NCBI GenBank assembly: GCA_054600435.1
Contig: BAAIJX010000066.1
Location: 1-64,000 of the forward strand
Reading direction: 5' to 3'
DNA: 64,000 nt
DNA from: Neophaeotheca triangularis
Lineage: Eukaryota
The translations under genes and the position numbers were made by a program. Positions 48,146 to 61,855 of the stretch are shown piece after piece. The notes beneath the pieces are model-generated. The model was not told the DNA's origin and ran no database searches. It saw only the letters and a list, made by a program, of their open reading frames with translations. The first letter of the stretch is position 1, and the number at the start of each line of letters is the position of its first letter.

Positions 48146-49224
48146 CGATAGTAGAGGCGAGGTGACGATGGGAAATTGCGATAAAGAACAAAAACGAATT
48201 TGATTCTTATTATTAGGCAATGACCAGAGAGATGGGGCGAGGAAGAGGAGACGAAACCACTTCGCTTCCACTTACCGCTTTTTTGGCTCCCCAGCGTTGT
48301 CGCTTGGCGGCTTACATTCGCTTGCACCCGGCTGCAGTACCATTGTCGGTAAAATTTGGGTCGCGATCGAAATGTCGCGGTGGTCAGCTTGGAGGCTGAG
48401 AGAGGGGGTGATGTTGCTGACGGCTGAAGTTTATATAAGGAGAGTGGTTGAGCTAGCCAGTGGGCGGTTTCGGGTTTGAAGATTACGGGAGAAAGGGATT
48501 ATAGGGATGGGGGTTATACATGGATCAGGTCGGGTGGGTTTAGGTTTGGGTTTCTGATTTGGAGGTGTGGAAGTGTAGGTGTAATTGATGCGTGTGTACT
48601 AGGTATCCACCTGCATACTATGTAGGTACTACCTTATGTTGTCGCTTGTGTGGTTGTTGTTGCCGTTGCCGGCGTACGACTCCGTCTCCGCCGAGTGTCG
48701 AGTCTCCGGCGTTGTATGGCTCGTACTTTGCGAATCTGTCATGTATACCACGAATTGCGCACTGCGATCACTTTCGCCCTCCCTCTCCACCTGGAACCCC
48801 ATTGCTCTTCAGATTACATGGAAGACTACAGACCGCAAACCACAAACTACAAATCAAATTCGACGCGACAGCATACCACCACCTACCACCCACCCCTCAC
48901 CCGACGCAAAAAATCCCCCAAAACTTCCCAATCTGAAAGGACTCAAGGGGAGGGGGGAGGGAGGTGACTATCGCGCTGATTGGAGGATGGTGAAAGGTTT
49001 CAAGCTCGATGGGAAAGATTTGGGACTCAGAAGCTGGGTTGCTTCGCTGTAGCAATAGATAACTAAGATAGAAAGAACGACAAAAATGACAACAACAATA
49101 ACAACAACAACAACAACAACAACGAAGGAGGCGAAAATTGAAGCGACCGTCCATCCTCATGCCCTTCCTCTCTGCTTCTCTCCCTCGCCGCCTATGCGAA
49201 TCTCACTCGAAGCGGATCAACCGC

Positions 49225-50090
<866 letters not shown>

Positions 50091-52183
50091 CTTGATTGTT
50101 GGTTGGTTGGTTGGTTGGTCGAAGAAAGGACGGCTAATTTGCTAGTGTTGCTGTTGTTGAACGGTGGAAAAGATTTGATTCGAATTGAAGAGAACGAATG
50201 GAAGCTTTGCAGACCTGTGTAAAGCGAGTTGCGATAGTTGCTGGATTATGGCATTTCTCTGGGTCGTGAGCGTGGTTTATATGCTCTTCGAAGAGGCACT
50301 CGAGGCGGACTCACTTAGACCACGCCCATCTCTTTCAAACGTGCCTAGAATGACAATACGGCTACAGTGAACTCCCAAGACCACTCGAAGCAATACTATA
50401 CCCACCTTCCGAGGCTACTTGACGCAGAAGACAGTCGTCAGAGTTTCTGCGTACATATCGAAAGGCTAAAAAAGGTCCCCCATAGCAATCTCCGAGGATC
50501 GCCATATACAGATACCGAGGCAGTACAAGGCGCTGCCCTAGGAGTGCGGCCTGACGTTTGGAAAGATTGACAAGGCTGATGGATTCGACAGGGATTGCGC
50601 TAATTGGAGGATATCGCTGGCCGGGTGGTGAAGAGTGACGGGAAAAGAATGAGCACCAGTGTCTGAAGGAGTGTGAGCGGACACTCTCGGACGTGTGGGT
50701 ATTGATGGTGAAGGTGGAGTTGATTCAAGCTGTACAGTAGTATTGTGTTCTTTTCGCAACACTTCTGTCCAGAGTCGTGGGCTGACGACTGACACGATGG
50801 TAGCGTTCGTACGTGATCTGTGGGTATGGTATTGGCGCGAATGATGCGGCAGCTAGAAAGATAATCGAAGGCGGATCTGTTACAAACTCACAAACGTGCA
50901 GCAGTCGTTTCAAGGCATGCAGCTTTGACAGAAGTCTAATCTGTATACAGACCATGAACTTATTTAGGTAGGTATCTATGATAAGATAGGTAGAGATTCA
51001 GATGGCAGACATGCGGCGGTTCGGTAATCGAGGGCCGGATGAATACATACGTAGGAAAAAGGAAGACTTAAGAATCGGGGAGAAGGTGAGGATGAGGGGA
51101 AAGAGGAAGATGAGGAGACGTAGCGTATTGCTTTCTCGTCTGTCACCAAAGTTCTAGATTTCGCGTGTGCCATGTTGTATATGATTATCGGTAGCGACAG
51201 AGAGGAGTGGCGTGAGGTCGAGTATGCCGGTATGCCGGTATGCCGGTATACCCGTGTACAAGGGGTAAAGGAAGGGGAAGGGCGGCTTGGCATGGCGTAC
51301 TGAGGTACGTGTAACGTGACTGCGGCTGAGAGTGAACGCGTCCATGGAAACGCGTGCAGTAGGACAGTATCATTCTGCAAGGTGGCCTCAGGCTGAATCG
51401 GCCAAAGAAACGCCGATATGCCGACATGGCGACATTATTTGCACTCAGAAGTCCAGTGAGGAAGTGAGGTGAGGGACGGGAGTCAGGGGAGATACGGGCC
51501 GGGAAGGGAAGAGAAGAAGGCGCAGCTTCACCGGTGGGCGCATTGACTATTATTAAGGTACCTTAACTAGTAAGATACCTTAATAACTGCAGGTGCACTA
51601 ACTTAGCAGTCACTAGCGCCTGCCTACTCTAGGAGTCTAGCACTCGACTCGACTCGACGTCGGCTGCTGCCTGGAGCTGTTCAAACCTCCTTCCTCCAAA
51701 GCAGGTGCATTCCATCCATACCCTGCCTTTTACAACATTCGAAGGCCGCCTCTTCCCTTTCCTTCCCTTCCCTTTCCTTTCCTTTCTTCCTTCATTAAAC
51801 TCTCACTCAAATCATCCTCAACCCGCAGTCCAAGGTGCAGGTGTGACTGAAACACTTAGCATCTTCTCCTCTTGGCGTTTCGTCTTCGCCGCCACATTCA
51901 AACACCCGACGCTGACATCCAACGCTACAACGACCACCTTCCTGTTTACCATCTTTCCTTCTGGACGGACGGCTTCGCTGGAGATAATTGCCTCCTCTTC
52001 TCATACTCGATCAACCGATCAGTCGTGTGTGAATCGATCTCACCATCCCTCCTTTCGCCCCAATCCAGGCACGCCGCATACCCATAGGCCGCCCACCCAT
52101 CGTGACTCATCCGGACGACTTACGGGCAGGCCAATAAACTTGCAGTGCCGCATAGCCTGCACTTCCCTCAAACCGCCGCAATC

Positions 52184-54817
52184 ATGCCCGCCAACGTGCA
52201 CCCCCGCCGCCGTCCCGCCTGGGAACATGGACCCTCGACCTCGTCCCTCATCGACTCTTTCCAAAACATGTCCCTCCAGAAAGGGCAGACATTCCACCCT
52301 TCCAACCGCGACAACAACACCGAGTTGTGGGATCCACTCAGTGGGAACGCTGCGGTACCGAGCATCCCTTCTCGCTCGACAACCTGTCCAAAGTCTTTGG
52401 AGGACCTGTTGATCGGTGCGGGCGAGAGGAGGGCCGCCGACCTACTCGCTCGTGTTGACAAGGCCATTGAAACCCAGTCGAAGCTGGCCTTGGGCCATGT
52501 GCTCAGTGAGCCAGAGGTGTTGCCGGTGCCCAGTTTCACGGTCGACACTCCTGAGGATACTGAAAACACCTTGAAGGCGCGAAGCCGACACGACAGTCAT
52601 TCATCAGACAGTGGTATTGGATCCAGCGTTGCAGATTCGACAGAGTCGTTGGTCGACAAGGAAAAGACATCTTTCGGTGAGTGCGCGTGAAGCTCGGCAT
52701 CTTTATTGCGACAATACTAACTGGACAATAGCTATTGACAACCAGATGGAGCGTGAACCCGTTGCTGCTGCCTCCTCCTCCAACTCCACCAAACGTGCTT
52801 TGAGTAGCTACGCCAACAAACAAATTCACAAGCACATTGTCAAACCCATACTTGATGAAGAACCGTTGAGAGAATTCCATCCACTCATCAAGGACGTGCC
52901 CGAGCGCATCGGCAACAAAGACATCACGACTCTGAGGGAACTGGAAAAGACACTGATCTTTCTGGCGCCAGTAAGTGGTAGCGAATATGTCCTTTTGGGG
53001 CGTTAACTCATGATGTTTTCCGCGCACAGGACTATTCCTCCTCGCCTTCGAAATACCTCAAATTTTGCGAACGAACCATCCGAGTCTTACATACAACGGT
53101 CACCACTCTCCACGAAAGCGACCAACGTGCACCCTCTGACCGACCGTATACGCAAGGGTACTTTTTCGATCTGGTTGAGCAGGTCCGTATTTGGCGTCAT
53201 TGCTTTATTGCCACCGGCTGTATCGGAAACTGACCGTACATCACAGATCCGACGCTACGCCAACATTCTCGCCGCCAGCCGCGCGAGACAAGCGAGGGGA
53301 GAGGCCAAAGACAAGATGGATATCAACTCGTAAGTACCTACCCCACAATTATTCCGAAGGCATTGGATGGCCCGTGCTATACACAGCCCCTTCCTCCTGT
53401 AACGTGGAAGCGTCTGTCGGTGACCCTAAAGATGTGGCCGCCCGGCTGACAATGCCGCACACATCCTATTGTCGCGTTTGATACATGCATTAGGTGCTAA
53501 CTTGTGGACAGGGATGAGCATGTCTCACTCCATGGCGGGGTGACTCACAACGGGAAGCCTGCCGAGCTTGTTCGTCACTCAGAAGGAAAGGTTATAAGCC
53601 TTGCCACTGGGGATGTACTATCTTCTGAAGAAGTCGCTGCTGGTTCCATGAAGCGCCATATGGCTGACGATGAAGTCGACAACGATGACGTCGCTCGGTC
53701 CATGGCAAGGAGGAAGAAAGGTGCCAAGCCTGAGAAACATGACTGCCCACTATGTGACAAGGAGTTCACCCGCCCGTGCGATCTCACCAAGCATGTGAAG
53801 ACTCACGAGCGGCCGTGGAAGTGCCCTGAAGCAAAGTGCAAATACCACAACTACGGATGGCCTACCGAGAAGGAACGTGACCGACACGTCAACGACAAGC
53901 ACTCCGCCGCACCGGCACTGTACCACTGCTTGTACAAGCCTTGCCCATACACCTCCAAGCGTGAGAGCAACTGCAAACAGCACATGGAGAAAGCCCATGG
54001 CTGGGAGTACGTCCGCTCCAAGAGCAATGGCAAGAACAAGATGGACGTGCCTCACCTGCAACGCGGATTTATCCCTCCGTCGCCCACGTCTGCCGTTCTT
54101 ACACCTCTGACCCCCATTGCACCTTCGCCATCTGGATGCACTGGCTCTGGCGCTTCTCGTCGTAGCTCGTTGGCTCCACCCAGCGCCGGGCCAAGCAGCT
54201 CCGGTACCCCTGCTCTCACCCACCCGTCGCCCGATTTTGCAGGTCATTTCAATATGGACTTCAACTTCAACGACATGAGCTACGACATTCCATCCTCGTC
54301 TTCGACGTTCCCAATCACTCCCGCGATGAGCGATGACTACCTCTCGAGCGCAAGCTCCGGCCTGCAGCTTGATGGAAGCTCGTTTGAAGACGCGCTTTCC
54401 CCGGATCAATTTACGTTCACCAGCCAAGCTTTTGATTTCAGCAACTTCCAGCATGCCAGTAACCAGTCGTCTGGCTGCAAGATGGCACAGTCGGCCAGCG
54501 AGCAAATGCCACATGCGTCTCCTGGTGCCCAGCTTGACCTCACATTCACTTCCTCCGGGGTCTATGACCCGATGAGCGTGGACCAGAACTATGAAGCCGG
54601 CTTCGGCGCGCCTGAGGAAGACTTTCAGCTTTTCGGAAACAATAATCAGGAACTTCCCACTTCTTCGTCGGACGAGATGTTTCCTTCCATGGGTGGGCAG
54701 ATCAGCACCAGCTCATGGGGCAACTTTGGCGGCCAGTTTAATTTCAACTCAGCGCCATCGATGAACACAGGCAACAGCACCTTGGACGATTTATTCCCCG
54801 AGCTTCGCGACAATTAG
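52184..54817 (+). CDS. sltA: C2H2 zinc-finger transcription factor SltA/ACE1 (introns 52677..52731, 52971..53029, 53183..53246, 53330..53511)
   Basis: Three fingers: CPLCDKEFTRPCDLTKHVKTH, CPEAKC..GWPTEKERDRHVNDKH, CLYKPCPYTSKRESNCKQHMEKAHGW; RSMARRKK NLS; LRELEKTLIF. Confidence 0.88.
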
Positions 54818-55336
54818 AAGCAGGAGACAGCTCACGTCAAGCCCTAGAAGCATGCTGAGCGAGGATGATACGATATACCGGGCCCTCCCACGGCCTTGAC
54901 GACCTTGCAATGCACTTTTTACGACAAACGAGATAGTTGAAGCAACTTTACGAAACAGAAACTCAAAAAAGTCGGAAAAACATGCAATGATATCTAGGCG
55001 GATAATGAGGCGTGCAGTGTGCTGCTCTTTACAGGCGCGATCTGAAATTTGGTTCGGTACCGAAAGGGAATCTTTAGGGGGCAAGACCAGACTGATTTCG
55101 ATCGACAGGAGGGACCAAGGGCTGGAAACGATTGTATTTTAGATAGTTCAGTAGCTCTCGCAAGATTTGCTGGAACCGCCACCGCCTTCTAATCCAATTG
55201 TCACATGCTTCCACCGCTTCAACAACGATAAGATTAGATGTGTTCGATCTAACCCCGCAACTCCACAAGCGGTTCCAACTGTGTCCAGCCGATCTTCAGA
55301 AACACTCAAAGCTCCAACCCGACGTTATCACACACC

Positions 55337-56824
55337 ATGCCATACCCATTTGTCCTGCCAACCACGAGCTCTGTGTTGTTCTCAGATTTCTTTGCCAGCC
55401 CGACACATCCCTCTCTTCCCTTAACGGCGACGTCGAAACGCAGCGTCTTGAAAGATACCCTGAAAAAGCACAAACGCCTGGCTTCCGGGTCACAGGCAGC
55501 ACATCTATCCGTTATTCAAGATGCCTTGAACAACTACTTGCCATATCTTCTGGCCTTGAACACAGCTTCGGGATACCGCGATGTTGGGAGCGAGCGACTC
55601 GACGTCAACATAGTGAAGCCTCTCGAGGTAGAATGGCGATCAACCCTATCCGCGAGTATACCAGGCCGCGAGCCCCCTCGACCAAAGCTCACAGGCCTAC
55701 ATCATGAGCTAGCTTTTGTCCTCTCAACCCTCGGATACACTTATACGCTCCAGGCTCGCGCTCAATTGAGAGCGCTCCACGACACCACAACTCAAACAAC
55801 AGAACAAAGAACCACAGCCATCAGCACAGCCATGAAACACCTCCTCTCGGCCTACAGCATCCACAACCACCTAGCATCGCAACCCCAATCCGACCCCTCA
55901 AACCCCCCCATCACCTCCGGCCCCATCGACACCCAGCCCTCAACCCTCTCAGCTCTCGCCTCCCTGGCCCTCGCCGAAGCAACCCTTGTCGTCGTCTCCA
56001 AAGACGACCCGTACGCCGCCGCCATAGCCGACGACCGCAACGCCAGCAACCGCGACTGGATGTTCCGCGCCCCAACAATCCCCAAAGTCCGCGCCCACCT
56101 CTACGCCCGCATCTGCCTCGCGGCCGCCGAACACGCCAGCCAAGCCCACGGCCTGCTCGCGCGAACCCCGGGCGGCGTTGGAAGCAAAATCGACGACGAC
56201 CTCGTCAAGTACACGCACGACTTGCGGCAGACGTCGCGAGCGAAGGCGACGCGGTTTTTGGCCATTGACGCCGAGCTCTCGGGGAAAACGGGGGAGGCGC
56301 TGGCATGGCTGCGCGGCGCGCGGGGAGAGCTGGGCCTTCCCACCGCGGACGTGGAAGAGGGGAGGCGCCGGGGTTTGAAGGGGCTGAAGCACACCTTTAT
56401 GGAGAAGCGCGAGGACCGCAAGATCGCGACGAATAGCAGAGAGTGGGGATTGGACGCGGGCAGGTTGGAGGAAGCGCGAGTGGTGGAGCAGTTGGAAGCA
56501 AAGTGGGAGAAGGAGAACAGCACGATCAACGTGCAGGTTGTGCCGCCCGAGGGGCCCTTGCTTGCTGCTATGCCGAGTGGGCGCGAGTATCACAGTCCCG
56601 CGGCTTGGGTGCCGCCGCAGCTGGATGAGGGGACTTTGGCGGCTATGAGGGCGCCTCCTGAGCCAGGACAGGACAGGGGTTTTGGAGGTGAGGAGGAGGA
56701 TAGTGGGGATGAGATGGGGGCGGGGGGTTATGTGCCTGCTGGGGTGGGTGGAACAACGCCAGGGGCTTTTCCCGCCTCGGCTGGGGAGTTGGGGAGGTCG
56801 GGGACCGCGAGTAGCTATTATTGA
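55337..56824 (+). CDS. palC: pH-response regulator PalC (Bro1-like domain)
   Basis: MPYPFVLPTTS start, KDDPY, DWMFRAPTIPKVRAHLYARICLAAAEHA, MPSGRE, C-terminal YY. Confidence 0.9.
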   Translation: MPYPFVLPTTSSVLFSDFFASPTHPSLPLTATSKRSVLKDTLKKHKRLASGSQAAHLSVIQDALNNYLPYLLALNTASGYRDVGSERLDVNIVKPLEVEWRSTLSASIPGREPPRPKLTGLHHELAFVLSTLGYTYTLQARAQLRALHDTTTQTTEQRTTAISTAMKHLLSAYSIHNHLASQPQSDPSNPPITSGPIDTQPSTLSALASLALAEATLVVVSKDDPYAAAIADDRNASNRDWMFRAPTIPKVRAHLYARICLAAAEHASQAHGLLARTPGGVGSKIDDDLVKYTHDLRQTSRAKATRFLAIDAELSGKTGEALAWLRGARGELGLPTADVEEGRRRGLKGLKHTFMEKREDRKIATNSREWGLDAGRLEEARVVEQLEAKWEKENSTINVQVVPPEGPLLAAMPSGREYHSPAAWVPPQLDEGTLAAMRAPPEPGQDRGFGGEEEDSGDEMGAGGYVPAGVGGTTPGAFPASAGELGRSGTASSYY

Positions 56825-57458
56825 GGGTGGGAGGTTAGAGCGGATCTATGACTATGGGACTGGGGAAATAGAAGCAGTGGTGAAGTCGCTGTTGACCATG
56901 CACGCCTTTCTATAACAAAGTAAATGATGAAACTAACCTGAGGTACCGGAGCCTGGGCTCTCGAGGAGCTCACAGGCCAGGGCTGATCGCCGAGGAAAGC
57001 GAACAACGAGCAGACGCGCGGTGCGCCGGCTACAGTATCAACAGGGAGACTATATTGACGCAGTGAAACAGTACAGATGCAAGAGAGGCATCAACACGGA
57101 TTGTCTACGATCTACCTACTATCTTACCTTCCCCTACCTACCTAAGTTAGGTACCTGACGTACCTAAGAACTTTTATGTATTGTATGCTTGGCAAAAGGC
57201 GCTAAGGTGAATTGGGCTAGTTCATAACATGCAACATAACATGCAATTGTTATGAAACAACCCCGAGGCCCCCTCGTCGCCTCGCAGCGTACCTCCCTCG
57301 TGCTCCCTCCAACATTCGCCAACGTCGACCTAGGCAATAAGTTAGCATTCTGCGCCAGGAGCGCCCATTGACTTCTTTCTCCCCCTTCGACACCCTTCAC
57401 CTCCACCTCACCTCACGACCTGCCGCAACATCCCACCACATCCTTCGCTGACATCCAG

Positions 57459-57485
57459 ATCAATCAATCAATCAATCAATCAATC
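57459..57485. repeat. (ATCA)n microsatellite in the 5' region of the 57539 gene
   Basis: About 7 tandem ATCA units. Confidence 0.85.
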
Positions 57486-57538
57486 GCATTGCCCCGCATC
57501 ACACCCACTGCAAGCACTCCCCTCACGCCCAACCAACC

Positions 57539-59161
57539 ATGGCCAACGCAGCATACACCCAGTTTTTGAAGACTCCCAACCCCTCGCTCCTCTCCTCCTC
57601 CGCCACCATCAACTACATCACCACCAACACCAGCATCTCCGAGCCGACCGCCATTATCAAGCACCTCAACGCGCAAGAGAAGCAAGTCGTCAAGCTCGAC
57701 CAAAAGACAATCCACGCCATTGAGAGCCAGGATGGCCTCAGTGTATGTCTGGAGCTCGAGGTCACGCTCCGCTTCGAGAACGGCGGGGGTGTCTACTTGC
57801 CAAAGATGGACGACAACCTGTTGGACGAGAAGACAGTCACTCTGGCTATGATGCACGTCGCTCAACTGGACCCAGACGGCAAGATTTCGCAGATTCGCAT
57901 CTACTGGGACCAGGGCTCTCTTCTCAAGATGGTCGAGGCGATTGGCAAGACTGGCAGGAATTGGCCGATTCAGGATGGCAAGGCTTACACGGCTGCGATG
58001 ACGAAGAGTGTCAAAGCTGCTGGCCAGGGCGATGGCACTGAAGCTACTAAAACTCTCCCCCTGAGAAGTGCCGCGCAGAATGTCAAGGACGGCCATAAGC
58101 GTGAGAGTGTCAGCGCTACTCGCGATCCTCACGCTTCTCTCGATCTTTTTCAGCCTCGTGAAGATAGCTCGCAGGACCGTTCCTACACTGGGCCGAAATT
58201 CACGCCACGAGAGTCCGCAAAGCCCGCCGCTCGTGAATATGGCGAGCTCTTTGCTGGTGAAGAGACAGAGGGGTCCAAAATTCGCAGCCCGTCTCCCAGT
58301 AAGCAGGACGGCACTTTCAAAGGTGGTGCGGGCAAGCACTACAAGGGTAACCGCATCTTTGACGAGAACGAGGCCGCTTCACCGCCTCCGGCAAGGAAGA
58401 AGACGTACGGCCAAAAGTATGACCACTTTGCTTTTGGTGATGGCGAAGACGCTCCCTCGCCAGCGAGCAGGCCTACGAGCAGCAGGAACGGCGCGCCAAC
58501 TACGCAGATCGACTTTGAGCTGTTCAACACGCCGCCGAAGCTCAAGCAGAAGCCGCAGAAGGAGCATGAGAGGCACTGGGGTCCAGGTGTCGATGAGGTG
58601 AGTCTTGCTATCTATTCAAACCCTAGTCGCGAGCGCGAACTAACAACCTCACAGGACGACCCAGACTCGCCTCCCAAGCGTCCCATCGTCCACGCTCCCC
58701 GTAAGGACGCTGACCCTCACTTTGCCTTTACCGACTCCCCTCAAACGCAGACGGATGCTCCAAAACAACAACACCTCCACCGCAAAGCCGGCCAGGGCCT
58801 TTACGTCGACAACATCAACAACAATAACGACTATGAAGACTATGAAGACGCAACCCCCAAAAAGGAAAACCTCGCCAACATCACAAACACCAACCACAAC
58901 AACAACTCCACCCGCCACAACGAGGAGCTCGGCGCGCACTACAGTCTGACTGACGCGCAAGCCACTCCCGCCGCTGTCAAGCCTAATCAGAGCAAGTACC
59001 AGAATGTGTACAAGACTGCTGGAGACGGCATGGGTGGTCGCAAGGGCACAGGCAGGACCTGGGGGTTTGGGGATGACAGTGAGCCAGAGGAGGAGATTGT
59101 GAGGCCTACGGCTCGCAGTCGGAGGGCGCAGGCTGAGGCTGGGGCTGTGAGGGATTGGTAG
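57539..59161 (+). CDS. Conserved fungal protein with an N-terminal NTF2-like domain and disordered tail (likely in-frame intron 58598..58654)
   Basis: GGGVYLPKMDDNLL, KISQIRIYWDQGSLLK, IGKTGRNWPIQDGK, TRDPHASL; a 57-nt GTGAGT...CTAAC...CAG intron. Confidence 0.78.
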   Translation: MANAAYTQFLKTPNPSLLSSSATINYITTNTSISEPTAIIKHLNAQEKQVVKLDQKTIHAIESQDGLSVCLELEVTLRFENGGGVYLPKMDDNLLDEKTVTLAMMHVAQLDPDGKISQIRIYWDQGSLLKMVEAIGKTGRNWPIQDGKAYTAAMTKSVKAAGQGDGTEATKTLPLRSAAQNVKDGHKRESVSATRDPHASLDLFQPREDSSQDRSYTGPKFTPRESAKPAAREYGELFAGEETEGSKIRSPSPSKQDGTFKGGAGKHYKGNRIFDENEAASPPPARKKTYGQKYDHFAFGDGEDAPSPASRPTSSRNGAPTTQIDFELFNTPPKLKQKPQKEHERHWGPGVDEVSLAIYSNPSRERELTTSQDDPDSPPKRPIVHAPRKDADPHFAFTDSPQTQTDAPKQQHLHRKAGQGLYVDNINNNNDYEDYEDATPKKENLANITNTNHNNNSTRHNEELGAHYSLTDAQATPAAVKPNQSKYQNVYKTAGDGMGGRKGTGRTWGFGDDSEPEEEIVRPTARSRRAQAEAGAVRDW

Positions 59162-59708
59162 GTGGGGGGAGGTTTGTTGCTCTTGAAGGAATGCGGCGGA
59201 TATGGGCTTTCTTTCGTTTCCTGTGCGCGCTCGGAGATGCGGGTCTTTTTGGGGGAGGGGTTAGTTGGGGAAGCTGTTCTTTTTGACGAGGTTATGGGTT
59301 ACGTAAGGTACGCAAATGGTGTTGTAGTCGGTTTACATGGTAGTGCTAGGCTAGTTCATACTGTGTCTGGATTTCGAGATGCTCTACTGGTGCCGTCGTC
59401 TGTTGTGGATGGTCTTGTTGTGTTGCGTTCCTTCATCTTGCGCGTTCAGCGTGTAGGGTGCCTGGACTTTGATCGATATCTTTCATTCTCTCGACGACGG
59501 TGATTTGACTCCATAACAACCGTCCTCCGCTCTTCCCTGACCGTACTCTTTGGAAAGCACAGGATTAGCCATACGTAAGAGCCTCTTTCAACGAACGACT
59601 TGTGCTTATCACTTGCGTAGATTATCCGATACCTTCGATCGTCCCCAACCAACCCCCTTGCGCATCTTCCCCTCCCAGCGCCGCCGGCCTTTCCTTTACT
59701 TGTCACCC

Positions 59709-61427
59709 TCACCCAACACTATCCTTGACAAGATTGCCCGCCAACTCCTTAACCCGACTATAATCGATGCGCACATCCACCAAGCCCACGCCATCCCACT
59801 CCAGCGCCTCCCTCATAACCCCCTCCAATTCCGCCTGACTCGAAACCCTCCAGCCCTTGCCCCCAAAAGCCTCGACCAATTTCACAAAATCAATACCCCC
59901 GAGCCCAATCCCGGAAGACCGGCCGTACTTCATCTCCTCCTGGAACTCGACCATGTTGAAAGCCTCGTCGTTCCAGACAAAGTGCGTCAGGTTGCAGCGC
60001 TGTTGCACGGCCGTGGATAGCTCTTGGACGGAGAACATGAAACCGCCGTCGCCGCTGAGCGAGACGACTTTGCGCGAGCACGCCGGTTGCTGCGCTAGCG
60101 ACGCCGCTATCGCCCACGGCATCCCGATCCCCAGCGTTTGTTGCCCGTTGCTGCAGAGCAGTTTGCGTGGTTCGTAGCACAGGAAGTACCGCATCATGTA
60201 GATGTAGACGGTGCCGACGTCGACGGTGACGGTTGTCGAGGGAGGGATTAGGGTTTGGAGGGTCGAGATGAAGTGGAGCGGGTTTATGGCGCGCTGTTGC
60301 GGCGGGGGAGGGGTGGTATTGGAGGGGTCGGGTTGGGGGGTGCTGAGGTCGGTTTGCCAGGCTTTGAGTTCGTGGAGGAGGGTGCGGCAGAGGGGGTTGC
60401 TGGAGGGGTCGGTGGTGTGGGTTACGAGGTTTTGTAGGGCGAGGATGTTCTCTTTGAGGCTGCCCAGGAGTTCGAGCGAGGGGCGGTAGCTGGCGTCGTA
60501 GCTGCAGCTTTGGTAGTCGAGGTGGATGATGGGGAGGTTGCCCGTCGGGTTCCAGGAGGACGCGTCGTATTCGGTTGGGTCGTAGCCGAGGGTGAGGATT
60601 AGGTCCGAGTTTGCTAGGAGGCGGTCGCCGGTTTGGTTGCGGAAGATACCGACGCGGCCGTAGAAGAGGGTCGCCGCGAGGTCTTCGGGCACGGCGCCCG
60701 CGGCTTGAAAGGTCTCGACCACGGCTATGCGGTGTTTGCGCATGAAGTCGCGGACGGCGCCTATGACTATGGGGCTGCTGGCTCGCATGCCGAGGAAGAG
60801 GACGGGGAGTTTGGCGTTGTCGATCATGGAGGCCGCCTTTTGCAAGTCTGTGCTAGGGGCTGGGCCGAACTTGGGTGCTTGGTAGGCTGAAGGGTCGAAG
60901 GTGCCGACGGTGGATTTCCCACTTGCGACGTCCATGGGGATGGATATTACGGCGGCGCCCTTGGGAGCGCTGTTTGCGGTCCGGAAGGCGTTGATGACGA
61001 CTTCGGCTGCGCGATCTTCTACATCGATGCTGAAGCCGCTTTTGCTCCCCGGCGTCAGGATTTCTAGAGCGGGCATGCTTTGGTGCGTGTGTTTGCCGTT
61101 GAGGTGTCTGGGTACGGAGCCAACGATTGCCACGACGGGATCTCCTTCGGTAGTCGCCGTCACCAATCCAGTCGTCAAATTTCCCGCTCCCGGTCCAGAG
61201 GTTGCGACGCACACTCCAGGCGTTCCCGTGATGCGGCCCATGGCGGCAGCCATGAAAGCGGCATTCTGCTCATGGCGACATACCACGAGCTTGATCTCGG
61301 GATGGTCGGAGAGGGTGTCGAAGATGGCATCGACCTTGGCGCCGGGGATGCCAAAGACGACTTTCACGCCGGCCTTGTACAGCGACTCGACTATGATGTG
61401 AGCGACTTTTTGCTCCTCGTTGGGCAT
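59709..61427 (-). CDS. Acetolactate synthase, catabolic type (AlsS/BudB-like), ThDP-dependent
   Basis: VFGIPGAKVD, RHEQNAAFMAAAMGRITG, TSGPG, THQSM, SNGQQTLG, SGDGGF..WND ThDP motif, NMVEFQEEMKYGR; intronless, no presequence. Confidence 0.88.
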   Translation of the reverse strand: MPNEEQKVAHIIVESLYKAGVKVVFGIPGAKVDAIFDTLSDHPEIKLVVCRHEQNAAFMAAAMGRITGTPGVCVATSGPGAGNLTTGLVTATTEGDPVVAIVGSVPRHLNGKHTHQSMPALEILTPGSKSGFSIDVEDRAAEVVINAFRTANSAPKGAAVISIPMDVASGKSTVGTFDPSAYQAPKFGPAPSTDLQKAASMIDNAKLPVLFLGMRASSPIVIGAVRDFMRKHRIAVVETFQAAGAVPEDLAATLFYGRVGIFRNQTGDRLLANSDLILTLGYDPTEYDASSWNPTGNLPIIHLDYQSCSYDASYRPSLELLGSLKENILALQNLVTHTTDPSSNPLCRTLLHELKAWQTDLSTPQPDPSNTTPPPPQQRAINPLHFISTLQTLIPPSTTVTVDVGTVYIYMMRYFLCYEPRKLLCSNGQQTLGIGMPWAIAASLAQQPACSRKVVSLSGDGGFMFSVQELSTAVQQRCNLTHFVWNDEAFNMVEFQEEMKYGRSSGIGLGGIDFVKLVEAFGGKGWRVSSQAELEGVMREALEWDGVGLVDVRIDYSRVKELAGNLVKDSVG

Positions 61428-61855
61428 GATGGAGTGTGTTTTGATGGAGCTGGGCGGAGCGGACGACGATGTGGTCGTGGTGAAGGAGATGGAACCTGTC
61501 TTTTCCTACCTCGAGTAAAGCTTGTGTGTTGTGTAGTCAACAGTCAATGGCACATTGAAGTGTGAGGCAACGTAGGTAGCCTCAAGGTTAACAATTGATA
61601 CGGATACCGCCGGCATGTCACCGTCCGCTCCGTTCGTTGACGTTCAGGGTCTGTTTGGTCCGATCGAGTGAAAGCAACTGATGAGTCAGCACAGCCTGCA
61701 AAGGTTGAGACGACATCCAATCCAATCCAACGCCAGCTTCGACCAAGATAACTTTGATGTAACGGCAAGCTCTTACTATACATATTGTTGTTGCTTTCTT
61801 TCTGTTAACGAGCACTTGGGAAACTTGTTGAGCTATTCAGACTGATTGAGGAAGT

